This document shows, one piece after another, positions 50,480 through 60,414 of a stretch of DNA of 64,000 nucleotides. A program made the position numbers and the translations under genes. The first letter of the stretch is position 1, and each line of letters starts with the position of its first letter. The notes under the pieces are model-generated. The model searched no databases and was not told the origin of the DNA. It saw only the letters and a list, made by a program, of their open reading frames with translations. The stretch comes from Mytilus edulis (Eukaryota): NCBI RefSeq assembly GCF_963676685.1, contig NC_092350.1, forward strand, positions 4,464,001 through 4,528,000, read 5' to 3'.

Positions 50480-53400
50480 TTAATGTTTTTCTTTTAATTT
50501 TCTATGAAAATATGCTAGCGAATGCACATTATCATCCAGCAAGTGTCTCTTGTCATCATATGGTGATAGTCCACTTTTCACAACCTTCACCATGTGAATC
50601 TGATGGTTGAAACTTCTCAAAGTGTACATATGCGAGAGTAGTGGAGAACAATTGAACAAGGTGTTTTTATATTGTTCGAATCTAACATTTCGGGTTTTAA
50701 TACCCTTTGCTACTACAGTTTCCTTGTCGTCTGCGGTGATAAAACTATACATTTTTGCTCTTAGTCCGATATATTCCACCATTTGAATGGACTTGCATTC
50801 ATCTTTGAATAAACCAATAATCGATTTCCTGTCTTTGGTGTAAAGAGGGTGATCAGCTGGATAATTTGAAAAGTCATATAGCTCACTGTTTAACGACATG
50901 TCTCTATATATGTCATCAGTTCTCACATGCATAATGAAACTGTCAGTATCTGTGTAACATAATGTTACATTCTCCTTGTATAGTTTTTTCATGTGGTTGT
51001 AGTAGTAATCAACCATGTGCGCCTTTGACAGATCGAGAATCATTTGTCCTAGGTAAATTGGTTTGTTGAAGAAAATTTTTGTTTTGGTTTGTAGCACGCC
51101 GCACAAGTGGTCGTTGAATATCTTAAAGCTTTTAAATGATGATTTTGCAGTAAGTTTTTGAAACTTATCCCACCTATGACAGAGAGAGAAGTTGATATGT
51201 TTCCGCAACGATTCCATTGATTTACCGAAAATAGCATTGTTGCCATTTTTAAAAAGTTTTTGCTCGAAATTGCTAGTAGCCTTTTTCCTCATTTCGGTAT
51301 TGAAGTCAATATACTGTTTCAACCATGGACGCTGTTCAAATGAAACTATATTGTGAATCTTCTTCAAAACCAAACCTAGTTTGAGGTATAACTTTAGATT
51401 CACATAGTGCAAGATGTAATGCTTTTTATCTTTCAAAGTAGCTAGCAATTTGGTGCTCGGTTGGTATTCTTTCCCATCATCATTTGCTTGCTCATACAGA
51501 TGACGTGAATGAGGTGAAAGCATTTCATTTGTTATCACTCCTTTTTCAACTGCAAGAGGAAAATCATTGTGAAGATCGTGTAAGTTATCTGGGTAATCCA
51601 AATCGCATTCAATGACATATCCGATGTCAGCGTTATTGGATACATTTAAGACATTGAAATCGTTTATTTCCTCTTCTGACAACCACTGGAATTTCCCCAC
51701 AGCTAATGGCATGCTCATGCTTAAACCGTATAAATTGTTCGCATCTACATACATCAAGTATGAAGTTGGTAAAGCTGGATCATAATTGCTCAAGTAGGGA
51801 TTGTTTGCTTTTGCATGTCTGCAGCTCACCATTGTTAAACCTCCTCGTATACTCTGCTCAAAGAAGAGCCACATTGTAGGATCTGTCAATAGCTCAAGTC
51901 TCACACCAGTCATTTTCAATGCAGATTGCCAGGAAAGCCCTGGAAGAGTGTAATAATTTGCAGGGTCGAGGGAATAGTTCGTTATCCACTTCTTCCTGAA
52001 AGTTTCAAATACATCAGCTAATAATAGAACGTCAGTTTTTAGATAAAGATCGTGATATTCGCCTATATTCTTAATATTCATTTGATTCCATACCCGTTGC
52101 GCATGTTCATACTCGGTTTGACTAATTGTTTTCTCTGATAAATTGCTGTAGAATTTGTCTATAGAGGGTAATTCAGTTTCATTGAACCTTGCTGCATTGT
52201 CAATGTATTCGTAAGGATATGTTCCTTTTTTCAACAAAAGAGCAATCCGCTTATCATCATCAAATTCTTTTGTAAAATGTTTAAATGTTTCTTTCGGATT
52301 CTCCTTAGACATTGACGATACCAATTCCTCTAGTGAACAATTCAAAAACTGGTATGAATCGATAAAGCGCAGATTGGATAGGTTGAAACTGATGTACTTT
52401 TCTGCATTCGTGGCTATGCAGCCAATTTCTTCACTCTTGAAAATACCTATCGAGGAACAGATTAAATGTGCATCAAACTGTTTCAGGTTATGAAATATAA
52501 CTGGCACGAATGTGTGTTCTTTAAAATTAAGATTGCAATCTCTGCATGAAGCGCCACGAAATTTACCTGAAACATGTGCATGGTCTCGAACGCGGATAGT
52601 GGAATCTGTAAATTCTTCCATGCAAATGTGGCAATGTGTACTTGATTGAAAATCTTCCTCATCTTCAACAGTCATGCACAAGGGTTCAGGATTGTTCAAA
52701 ATAGCCTTTATACGTTTATTTTCGTCAAGAAGACTATGAAGGAAGTGTTCACTAACATTTTCACCTCTATATATTTTAGGTGGTTGAGTGTATCTGTCAT
52801 CGATGCAAACAACTTGATAACCGTACCCGCATGGTATCAACTTTGTTAATTTCGTTGTGCTGGTTCGATTATCTTCTGGCTCTTCAGTAACCATAGGTTC
52901 GCAAAATGTTTCCATGTCAGCATAAATAACAAATGATGTTTGTAACTGTTTGGCGTGATCTTGAAATGTTAGTATATCGTCTACCCCCTTGGTGGGATAT
53001 GTCACATGTTGAGCTTCAAATTTTGAGCAGTATTTTATATGTTTCTCTAAAGTATGTTCACTGGTGAAACCTGATAAACAGAATCTGCAATACTTATGAC
53101 TGCGTCCCAAGCATTTTGTTCGATATAAAAGTCTATTGAGATCTGTAATCAAACACCAGTGACTTTTATTCCCACTTTTCAAATACAATAAGTCAACTTC
53201 ATGATGAGCTTCTCTTAGACCTGTTACATGGAGGGGGAAAAATTCACCCTCTTCAAATCCTAACACCATTACTGAAATGTTATTCTGCCTTTCAAATTTA
53301 CTCACAAATGATGGTGCAACGGGCAATTGTATACCTTCCATGTTCAATTCATGTTCATATGGGATGTAGTGATGCACTTTAGAAGGGTCACCTGAACACG

Positions 53401-54283
53401 TAGGATGTATGGATGCTATAATAGCATATACAAAACATTTTTCATCTAAGTTTCTTATGTTGAGTAACGCTCTGGTTGCAGCAAGAGTTCTTGGTAGGGG
53501 TATATACGATCCACCGCCTAAAGGTTTATATTTAGCTGTATTAATCTCAATGTGTTTAATATGATCTAATGACCAACCGCTCCCATTTCGTATATACTCA
53601 TCAAAACTTTTGAATATTTTTTGATATGTCACATTAATATCATGTTCATCATCTATATTTGCTCTATCAACTAGATTCGATGTCTTCGAGATAAAATGTG
53701 CATTATTCTTTAAATCATTACCACCTTCACCTCCATTCGGCTTGATCATTTGCACAAGACAATTCATATACCACTTAATATGACCGAGTTCATCACACAT
53801 CTCTTGTAAATGAGTTTTTACCTCATGCTTAATTCCAGATAAAAATGCTAGAAGATCATACTTTTCCCCATTATCCTCATTCGGATAAATGAAACGAGCT
53901 CGTGCTATTCCCAAGAGAGCAGACTTATCCACACTTTTATGTTTGATTGTAGTATGTGAATTTGAATCAGTGTTTCCTGAACCAGTCTGATAAGTTGTAT
54001 GATCGATGTTGCTATGTTTAAACAAATTTTCCGCTGAATCAAAATGTCTATCACATTGTCGACATGGAAATGTACAACTGTTTCTCTGGTGTCTCTTCAG
54101 TTTGGAAGGGTGATCAAACAGAAGTTTACAATAATAACATGAATAGACCTTAACCGTAAGATTTGATCTGTTGTCATTATCAACACTCAATCGATCATTT
54201 AACTCTCGCAACTGCTGTTGATATTGAGGGTTACTGTCAGGATAAAGACGCAATAAATCCTCGCAGAAATGATCATCAGCCAT
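50480..54283 (-). CDS. polB: pPolB, copy 2 (1267 aa)
   Basis: Identical translation to 40500-44303. Confidence 0.96.
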   Translation of the reverse strand: MADDHFCEDLLRLYPDSNPQYQQQLRELNDRLSVDNDNRSNLTVKVYSCYYCKLLFDHPSKLKRHQRNSCTFPCRQCDRHFDSAENLFKHSNIDHTTYQTGSGNTDSNSHTTIKHKSVDKSALLGIARARFIYPNEDNGEKYDLLAFLSGIKHEVKTHLQEMCDELGHIKWYMNCLVQMIKPNGGEGGNDLKNNAHFISKTSNLVDRANIDDEHDINVTYQKIFKSFDEYIRNGSGWSLDHIKHIEINTAKYKPLGGGSYIPLPRTLAATRALLNIRNLDEKCFVYAIIASIHPTCSGDPSKVHHYIPYEHELNMEGIQLPVAPSFVSKFERQNNISVMVLGFEEGEFFPLHVTGLREAHHEVDLLYLKSGNKSHWCLITDLNRLLYRTKCLGRSHKYCRFCLSGFTSEHTLEKHIKYCSKFEAQHVTYPTKGVDDILTFQDHAKQLQTSFVIYADMETFCEPMVTEEPEDNRTSTTKLTKLIPCGYGYQVVCIDDRYTQPPKIYRGENVSEHFLHSLLDENKRIKAILNNPEPLCMTVEDEEDFQSSTHCHICMEEFTDSTIRVRDHAHVSGKFRGASCRDCNLNFKEHTFVPVIFHNLKQFDAHLICSSIGIFKSEEIGCIATNAEKYISFNLSNLRFIDSYQFLNCSLEELVSSMSKENPKETFKHFTKEFDDDKRIALLLKKGTYPYEYIDNAARFNETELPSIDKFYSNLSEKTISQTEYEHAQRVWNQMNIKNIGEYHDLYLKTDVLLLADVFETFRKKWITNYSLDPANYYTLPGLSWQSALKMTGVRLELLTDPTMWLFFEQSIRGGLTMVSCRHAKANNPYLSNYDPALPTSYLMYVDANNLYGLSMSMPLAVGKFQWLSEEEINDFNVLNVSNNADIGYVIECDLDYPDNLHDLHNDFPLAVEKGVITNEMLSPHSRHLYEQANDDGKEYQPSTKLLATLKDKKHYILHYVNLKLYLKLGLVLKKIHNIVSFEQRPWLKQYIDFNTEMRKKATSNFEQKLFKNGNNAIFGKSMESLRKHINFSLCHRWDKFQKLTAKSSFKSFKIFNDHLCGVLQTKTKIFFNKPIYLGQMILDLSKAHMVDYYYNHMKKLYKENVTLCYTDTDSFIMHVRTDDIYRDMSLNSELYDFSNYPADHPLYTKDRKSIIGLFKDECKSIQMVEYIGLRAKMYSFITADDKETVVAKGIKTRNVRFEQYKNTLFNCSPLLSHMYTLRSFNHQIHMVKVVKSGLSPYDDKRHLLDDNVHSLAYFHRKLKEKH

Positions 54284-54523
54284 GACAATTGTGATATCAA
54301 TAGCACTTTCAACGTTTTATATATACTACGCGATCGTGGACTAGAACTAATAGGCGAACATATGTTATCTAAATATTTATTTTATTAATTAAATTTAAAG
54401 GTACACAGTGTAAATATACAAATAGACAATATATTATATACATATATAAATATAGACAAATTTAAAGAAAAATACAAGTGATTGATTGAAGTCTCCAATA
54501 GTTTTAAATAATCCACTTCTTCA

Positions 54524-54919
54524 TTACAAATGAAATGATAACCATTTACTCTTTAATCTTTTGCGATTTTGCGATTTTTCCACATTTCTTAAGAATTTTT
54601 CAGGAGACATCTTGATAGCTTTACCCTCTGCTGCACCATCATATTCATCAACATCCATCCTATTTTCCTCTTGATTGTCTGATTTTGATCGATCTACAGT
54701 TTCTTTTAAATTTTTCAATTCTGTTTTTTGCAAAACCTGACCACTACCATGTTGTTTGGTTACATCTTCTTCTAGGTTTATTTCTGTTTTTATACTGTCA
54801 CTATCTTTACCATCATATTCCTTTTCTTTTTCTTTCACATTAACAATTTCACATTGGTTGGACATATTCATCAATCTTTCATATTTCTCCTTGGGTAATA
54901 GTATTAACTCCCGAGTCAT
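54524..54919 (-). CDS. Conserved small Maverick protein, 131 aa
   Basis: As copy 1. Confidence 0.7.
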   Translation of the reverse strand: MTRELILLPKEKYERLMNMSNQCEIVNVKEKEKEYDGKDSDSIKTEINLEEDVTKQHGSGQVLQKTELKNLKETVDRSKSDNQEENRMDVDEYDGAAEGKAIKMSPEKFLRNVEKSQNRKRLKSKWLSFHL

Positions 54920-55220
54920 AGTATTTGAAAAAAGATGATATCAATGTTGGAATAATAACAATTATCTTCAGTAAACGTTTTCTCCTCAACTGAGGTGTTA
55001 TATTATTAACTACCACAGCACGAATGAACTTTGCAAAAGTTGAAAGATTCCTTTTAACCCTCTCAGACAATGGTATGACGCTTTTTAGACAGTTGAATAC
55101 TATTTCTACTAATAGTTGTAATTGTCTGTGGTCCGTGCTTTTTATGATTTGAGCAGATTGTTCAGGTGTAGTGTTCGCCAATAATTTAAGGAAGCTTCTA
55201 CTTGATTCTTTTAAAATCAT
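54879..55220 (-). CDS. Conserved small basic Maverick protein, 113 aa
   Basis: As copy 1; ATGA overlap with the ATPase stop. Confidence 0.72.
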   Translation of the reverse strand: MILKESSRSFLKLLANTTPEQSAQIIKSTDHRQLQLLVEIVFNCLKSVIPLSERVKRNLSTFAKFIRAVVVNNITPQLRRKRLLKIIVIIPTLISSFFKYYDSGVNTITQGEI

Positions 55221-55867
55221 TTTGGTTGATAAACAATCGTGTCCTCCCCCGGAAAAGGATTTGCGCGCAACTGATATTCAGGGTTTGAACCTGGTGCTAT
55301 ATCCACTATCAAGCAATTGTATGGTCTGCTAATTGCACGTTGGTAAACGTCCATGAAAAAGCGAACTTGACCTGGAAACATTTGTCGAGCTAAAGATTGT
55401 ATTTGCAGTGAATCTCTACCATTTTTGAAAAGAAAAAAGACGTGAGAATTCAAACTGATTGATCGCATAACCTTCCCCTTCTGATATAAATTTTGTAGTA
55501 TAAAAATAATTGATGTTAAGGTGTGATGACTTAAAACGCAATAAATCTTCTGCATCAGTTTACAGTCCACTACTTCATCCATTTTATCATCAATGATCCA
55601 TAATGTGTGTATATCCTTATCAACAAGAAAATCACTTTCATCAGGCAGTTCCAGTTGAAATGAAATGTTGGAGACAGTTTTTTTCAATTCATCGAAGACA
55701 TCTTGCCATATGCTGTAACAGTAGTATATCTTCTGAGGTGGTATTGTAAACATTTCCTGAGCGTTCTCTAATAATCTTTTAATGTATGTAGTTTTTCCTG
55801 AACCCGTTGGACCGACACATATTGAAGTCATGGGTGTTTGAAATTTCACCAAACTCATGATGATCAC
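55217..55867 (-). CDS. A32/FtsK-like DNA packaging ATPase
   Basis: Walker A and B motifs and Arg-finger region. Confidence 0.94.
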   Translation of the reverse strand: MIIMSLVKFQTPMTSICVGPTGSGKTTYIKRLLENAQEMFTIPPQKIYYCYSIWQDVFDELKKTVSNISFQLELPDESDFLVDKDIHTLWIIDDKMDEVVDCKLMQKIYCVLSHHTLTSIIFILQNLYQKGKVMRSISLNSHVFFLFKNGRDSLQIQSLARQMFPGQVRFFMDVYQRAISRPYNCLIVDIAPGSNPEYQLRANPFPGEDTIVYQPK

Positions 55868-55920
55868 CTCTTGCTCGAATGATGATTGTTACCATGTGTC
55901 TCATCATTTTAAACACTTTT

Positions 55921-56388
55921 TCATATGCAGTGTGAATAGGTTTTACCAATCACATTGAAAACAAAGATGTCGTTTGCTTGATGATTATCACTGAAAAAAT
56001 CGTGAATGTTAGTTAGATCATACTCTCTACATAAGAGTGATAAGATGAAAATGCAATATTGACCGCATACTGATGAATTCTCACTCTGTAATCGTTTTTG
56101 ATTTATTTCCAGAGATATCGCATTGTGTTCAAAGAATTTTAAGAAGTGACGTGAATAATAATCGGGAGAGTGTGCGAAGCTGTCGAAAAATATCCCTCTT
56201 CGTTCCTCATTTATGAAAAAGGCGATCCAGTGTGCACCATTCTCAAAATGATTTTCAGTGTTACAAATAAATCCCATGGGTCGATTTCTCACTATCTTAG
56301 GTATCTGATCTGCTGCAAATATACCAACAATTTTATCCTTCATTAGTTCATCACAATTAATCATACACTCCAATTGCATAGTGTTCAT
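55921..56388 (-). CDS. Adenain-like (Ulp1/C5) cysteine maturation protease
   Basis: NT......GAHWIA (His), FFDSFA (Asp), LQ..NSSVCGQYC (Gln, Cys). Confidence 0.95.
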   Translation of the reverse strand: MNTMQLECMINCDELMKDKIVGIFAADQIPKIVRNRPMGFICNTENHFENGAHWIAFFINEERRGIFFDSFAHSPDYYSRHFLKFFEHNAISLEINQKRLQSENSSVCGQYCIFILSLLCREYDLTNIHDFFSDNHQANDIFVFNVIGKTYSHCI

Positions 56389-57707
56389 TCTTGAATTATG
56401 ATGTCTCGAGTTTGAGTTATTTCAAAATATCCACTAAATTCACTATAAATGATTATAGTTGTTGGTTCAGTGAGGGGAGAATCAAATGTGCATTCCAAAT
56501 TGACACGTTCATTCCTTTTCAATGTTAAATAATCTAAACCTTCAAAAATTGGTTCCAGTTGAAAGGCATACAAGGCATATCCTTCAGAAAAACTGTCTCT
56601 GTTTAATCCATTACCACAGTCTTGCAGAGTTTTCCCAGCAACCTCAAATAGATTGCGAAATGCAACAATGGATGATTCTCCACTTGACGAGTCAAATTTT
56701 ACTCTGACAGGATTCCCGGAAACTGGCACTCCCTCAACTTTAAGATTTATTTCACTTAGGTGGCAATGTTTGAATGTCCACGGACATAGTGAGTAGTCAC
56801 CTGCTATGTTTTGACTCCCCGTAAAGGCTATCAATACCTTATTGGGTCTATTATTCTGGAATATGTTGTTGAAGTTAAAACTTATTTGACCAGCTGGAAG
56901 TGAAATTGTGCGAACATCATTTTGCACAATGGGATATTTAGCGTTTACTGTCCTGAGTATAGAATCGTGGCCATATACAATGCCGGGGTGAACGTGGATC
57001 TTTGCTATTGATAGATACATATCTTCAATCTCAAGGTAATAATCAGCATCTTCATCAACCGACATTAGATAAAATTCTGGTCTCGATCTGTAGAATTTCA
57101 CAGTAACTCCTACTTGATTTAATATGTAACGATTCATTGAAAACAGGGGATGGAAAATGTTTCCTTCAAGATCAACAGTTTTACCATTTTTTATGTATGC
57201 TGTTCTTCTGTAGAGCCCAAGATTTGATCCTGTGTTACAATCTGCATCATCCAATGTTCCTTGATGATCGTCTATCCATAATTGACTTGAGAGCTGCGAT
57301 TCTTTAGCTTCTTTCCCATATTTCAATAAAGTTTGCATATAAGCTTTGTAAGGGTAAAATCCTGTTGAAGATGTGACAATTTTATTTTGAATTAAAACAT
57401 CTATTTGATTAAATAATGCATGCAAAACATAGTTCACAGGCCCGCAATTAACGTCACTGCTATCTGCTATGGTTCCATCTCCTCTTTTAAGTCTTAGACG
57501 TACATGCATTGTTGATTTACTTAAGTCTAGATACTCTGTTCCACCAGATATGTGAAACTCTATTGGCGATGTCTTTGTAAAAGTTGCAGCTGGTCGAATA
57601 TGTTCATATGTGATTCTTGTGACTGCAGTTTGATGACCTGGTAGATTGAATAAAGACAACTGACTTGGTTGCAGCTCATGAAATGTTTCAGGATTTATTT
57701 TAGCCAT
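56385..57707 (-). CDS. Double jelly-roll major capsid protein (PY/MCP), 440 aa
   Basis: QLSLF..P..QT, PIEFHI...EYLDLS, HALFNQID, YPYKAY...LL.YG.EAKESQL, GYALYAFQL motifs typical of Polinton MCP. Confidence 0.93.
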   Translation of the reverse strand: MAKINPETFHELQPSQLSLFNLPGHQTAVTRITYEHIRPAATFTKTSPIEFHISGGTEYLDLSKSTMHVRLRLKRGDGTIADSSDVNCGPVNYVLHALFNQIDVLIQNKIVTSSTGFYPYKAYMQTLLKYGKEAKESQLSSQLWIDDHQGTLDDADCNTGSNLGLYRRTAYIKNGKTVDLEGNIFHPLFSMNRYILNQVGVTVKFYRSRPEFYLMSVDEDADYYLEIEDMYLSIAKIHVHPGIVYGHDSILRTVNAKYPIVQNDVRTISLPAGQISFNFNNIFQNNRPNKVLIAFTGSQNIAGDYSLCPWTFKHCHLSEINLKVEGVPVSGNPVRVKFDSSSGESSIVAFRNLFEVAGKTLQDCGNGLNRDSFSEGYALYAFQLEPIFEGLDYLTLKRNERVNLECTFDSPLTEPTTIIIYSEFSGYFEITQTRDIIIQE

Positions 57708-57715
57708 TTTGAATT

Positions 57716-58186
57716 TTACTGGAAAATATCCTTTTCAATTAGCTGATTCTTTAATCTTTTTTTCACACTCTGTACACTTCCTTTCTTACTGTTTGTTTTA
57801 TTTTTCCTTCCTCCTTTCTTTGTCTTTTTCGTTTTCTTCTGCTCCCCTCTATGGCTTTTTCTATTACTGTTTTGTAACTTCCCACGTTTGCGTTTTATCT
57901 TTTTCACAGCTCGACTAATTTCCGACTTAGCATTTTCCACCTGCTGCTGTGCATGTGTTACAAGTTTAATGGGTGATTGCGCATGTGGTTTACTTTGTGG
58001 TAATGTGATTGGTTCCATGAAGCTAGCTGCTGAATTAGTGAGGGAACCACCACTCTGGATAGTTCTTCTGTATGAATTATTAAGATATGAATTGTGATGT
58101 TTGTCATTCGCTAGATTTTCATAGTACATTATCCATGTCCTAGGGTCTAGCACATATTGAGAATTGTCCAATTCCATGATTATCAT
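57716..58186 (-). CDS. Lys/Arg-rich putative core (DNA-condensing) protein, 156 aa
   Basis: QSGGS motif, KLVTHAQQQVENAKSEI segment, very basic C-terminal half ending DIF; lies between mCP and MCP. Confidence 0.7.
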   Translation of the reverse strand: MIIMELDNSQYVLDPRTWIMYYENLANDKHHNSYLNNSYRRTIQSGGSLTNSAASFMEPITLPQSKPHAQSPIKLVTHAQQQVENAKSEISRAVKKIKRKRGKLQNSNRKSHRGEQKKTKKTKKGGRKNKTNSKKGSVQSVKKRLKNQLIEKDIFQ

Positions 58187-58590
58187 GCAAAGTATGGATA
58201 CGACCTGAAGTGCAGTGTAATCGACACTGGATTTTTTAAAAATGATGCATGACTCCCTTGCATGTCAGTAATAAAGAATTCAATGTCTCTTATTTCACTT
58301 TTCACCACTGGAATGTATGCAAGTTGATCAAAGTGGTAGTATTCAGTTTGAGAGCAGCAACATATTCGCTTCAATAAGGGTTGTTTGTTACCATCGACTA
58401 TTACATCACCGCATATGTTTGCATATATATATAGATCATTATTTGATGATAATTTAATATCAACTAATGCGACTTTCCATTTTGATTTCATCACTATTGG
58501 CGTCTGAAGATATGTACGGAATTTGTGTGGTCTGTTATGTGGGTAAATGTCTAAATTTTTGTTACTGTTAATGACCATGTAAAAGCTCAT
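58183..58590 (-). CDS. Minor capsid protein (penton, single jelly-roll), short form of about 135 aa
   Basis: MSFYMVINSN....YPHN....F...L..PI.....WKVALVDI, LYIYANIC...VDG..QPLLK, YIPV, ITLHFR. Confidence 0.85.
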   Translation of the reverse strand: MSFYMVINSNKNLDIYPHNRPHKFRTYLQTPIVMKSKWKVALVDIKLSSNNDLYIYANICGDVIVDGNKQPLLKRICCCSQTEYYHFDQLAYIPVVKSEIRDIEFFITDMQGSHASFLKNPVSITLHFRSYPYFA

Positions 58591-58591
58591 T

Positions 58592-59746
58592 TTAAAAGTC
58601 AACAATATCTCTCTCAGGAATCCACTGACAAAAACGTTTATCCCAATCCTGGAATTTTACATAACCCTCACGTTGACCATTCCGCCTTCGCCATTTAAGC
58701 ACTTTCTCAACAAACCACAATGCGTCAGCCTCCTTTTTCACACGCTGCAACTCTGTATAATTGAAATTGCCTACAACTTCCTTGTCCAAAAAATCTTGTA
58801 CTTTATAAAAGATTTTCCCATGTATTAGAAATCGTCTATATATTTTAAATATTTCGGAGGTCCACTGTTGCTGATAAGCTCTTTGAAACGGTTTCTTCAA
58901 ATGGCTCAGTCTTACCATGTCATTGATTTTAAAATGAAACTGTTTCCCTCTTTTACGTTGTACTTTTAATGTTTCTTTCTTTTCTCTGATTCGTTTTTCT
59001 TTGGGTGGAGTTTTAATATACATATATGCCCACAAATCATATTTGTTTTTCTCATTCACATCTTTTGGAGCTGTATTATTTAAACTTCTATGTGGCGTTG
59101 CATTATAACTTGCTACCAAATTTTGTAGAACATTGAGATAGCTATAAGTTCTATGCTTTGTAAAATATCGGAACATCATCCTCCGAAATGTCAAATTGAC
59201 CCTCTCTGCTATTGACGCTTTACTACTGTCGGAATTTAAATAGACATGATGGTAAATGTCATATTTTTTAAACACACGTTTCAAATCTTTGTTTTTGAAT
59301 TCAGTTCCCGCATCTGTGGAAACCTTCAAAGGGATTTTACCATGTTTGAAGATTTTTTCAAATGCATCAGCTACTGTCTTCCCAAACTTGTTTTTTAATG
59401 GATAAATCCATAAAAACCGTGTGAAAATATCGATAACAACCAACAGGAAACGTGTCTTATTGTTATATTTCTGTATGTTGGATACATCCATAAGGTCAGC
59501 ATCGTATTGCTCATACGGTTCCGATACAATTATTTTCACTCTTTTAATTCTACGTTTTACAGGTTTTTGTAAATTGTAGTCGTCTATTTTTTCCATCCAT
59601 TTCCTGATCTTGTATACGCTTGGTACATTTCCATCTCTTGATGTCTTCAACGTTTGATAAATTTTTTCAGCACTTAGGTATGCTCCCCCATTTGCTGTAT
59701 TGTAATATACATTCCTAAGTTTTTCATCTAAATCATCATTTTCCAT
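58592..59746 (-). CDS. int: Retroviral-like (rve) integrase with a C-terminal chromodomain-like region
   Basis: DADLMD, IDIFTR, STDAGTEF and AERVN DDE motifs; YNATPHRS; VEKVLKWR.......YVKFQDW......WI. Confidence 0.96.
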   Translation of the reverse strand: MENDDLDEKLRNVYYNTANGGAYLSAEKIYQTLKTSRDGNVPSVYKIRKWMEKIDDYNLQKPVKRRIKRVKIIVSEPYEQYDADLMDVSNIQKYNNKTRFLLVVIDIFTRFLWIYPLKNKFGKTVADAFEKIFKHGKIPLKVSTDAGTEFKNKDLKRVFKKYDIYHHVYLNSDSSKASIAERVNLTFRRMMFRYFTKHRTYSYLNVLQNLVASYNATPHRSLNNTAPKDVNEKNKYDLWAYMYIKTPPKEKRIREKKETLKVQRKRGKQFHFKINDMVRLSHLKKPFQRAYQQQWTSEIFKIYRRFLIHGKIFYKVQDFLDKEVVGNFNYTELQRVKKEADALWFVEKVLKWRRRNGQREGYVKFQDWDKRFCQWIPERDIVDF

Positions 59747-60092
59747 TGTTAAAAATAGGTTCCAAATCTATCATTTTTTCAACTTTATCTATTATGCGAG
59801 ATGCTCTGTGCGGTGTTTTCAATATAGTATTTTTCCAATCTGTTGATTGTAAAAATGTAAGTTGATAGTAGACTCTCACATTATCTGGAATATTTGATTG
59901 TCTGACTAAATTAACAAAATCGGTGTACACTTTATCTGTTTCTACTTGATAAAAAAAATCCCATGCATTTCCTCCACTTATGTGTTCCACTTGATTTTCC
60001 TTCTTCAGAATGTCAAAAACTGACTTTGCATATATTATATCGAATATGTTATCAAGTCTGGCTATATTTTCACATGATTCTATCTCATCCAT
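59736..60092 (-). CDS. Hypothetical Maverick protein, 118 aa
   Basis: First ORF of the tightly packed minus-strand cluster; overlaps the INT start by 11 nt. Confidence 0.65.
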   Translation of the reverse strand: MDEIESCENIARLDNIFDIIYAKSVFDILKKENQVEHISGGNAWDFFYQVETDKVYTDFVNLVRQSNIPDNVRVYYQLTFLQSTDWKNTILKTPHRASRIIDKVEKMIDLEPIFNNGK

Positions 60093-60139
60093 GTTTTATT
60101 AATAATAATAATAATTTATAATGTATGATATTTTTGTTT

Positions 60140-60181
60140 GGGTTAGGGTTAGGGTTAGGGTTAGGGTTAGGGTTAGGGTTA
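60140..60181 (+). repeat. Telomeric repeat (GGGTTA)7 inside the Maverick right arm
   Basis: Read directly; mirrored by (TAACCC)2 at 33090-33101. Confidence 0.95.
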
Positions 60182-60414
60182 ATTATTATATTTACCAATT
60201 AAACTTTTATCAAATTAAAGCTCTCAAATTGTTTTAAATGTTCCTTTTACTACTTCCATATCCAGCATATCAACAATTTAAATGATTGGTAATGCGTTAA
60301 ATTGTTTAATGAAATGAAAATTTTTTTTAAATGTTCAATTTACTTTTACTACTTCCATATCCAGCATATCAACAATGTTAAATTGATTGGTAATGCATTA
60401 AAATTGTTTAATGC

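Larger units (their letters stand above)
46876..56755. repeat. Near-identical duplicate of 36897-46775 (probable uncollapsed contig overlap)
   Basis: Constant offset of 9979-9980, identical translated ORFs; the only differences I noticed are 1-bp indels. Confidence 0.93.

Noticed and set aside
46876-56755. A Maverick with two polymerases, or a tandem of two elements
   Set aside because: Near-identity around an exactly 100-N gap and a single TIR pair favour an assembly overlap
60140-60181. True chromosome end or telomere-targeted integration
   Set aside because: The tract is internal to the element, and the flanks are ordinary DNA with an integrase-type TSD
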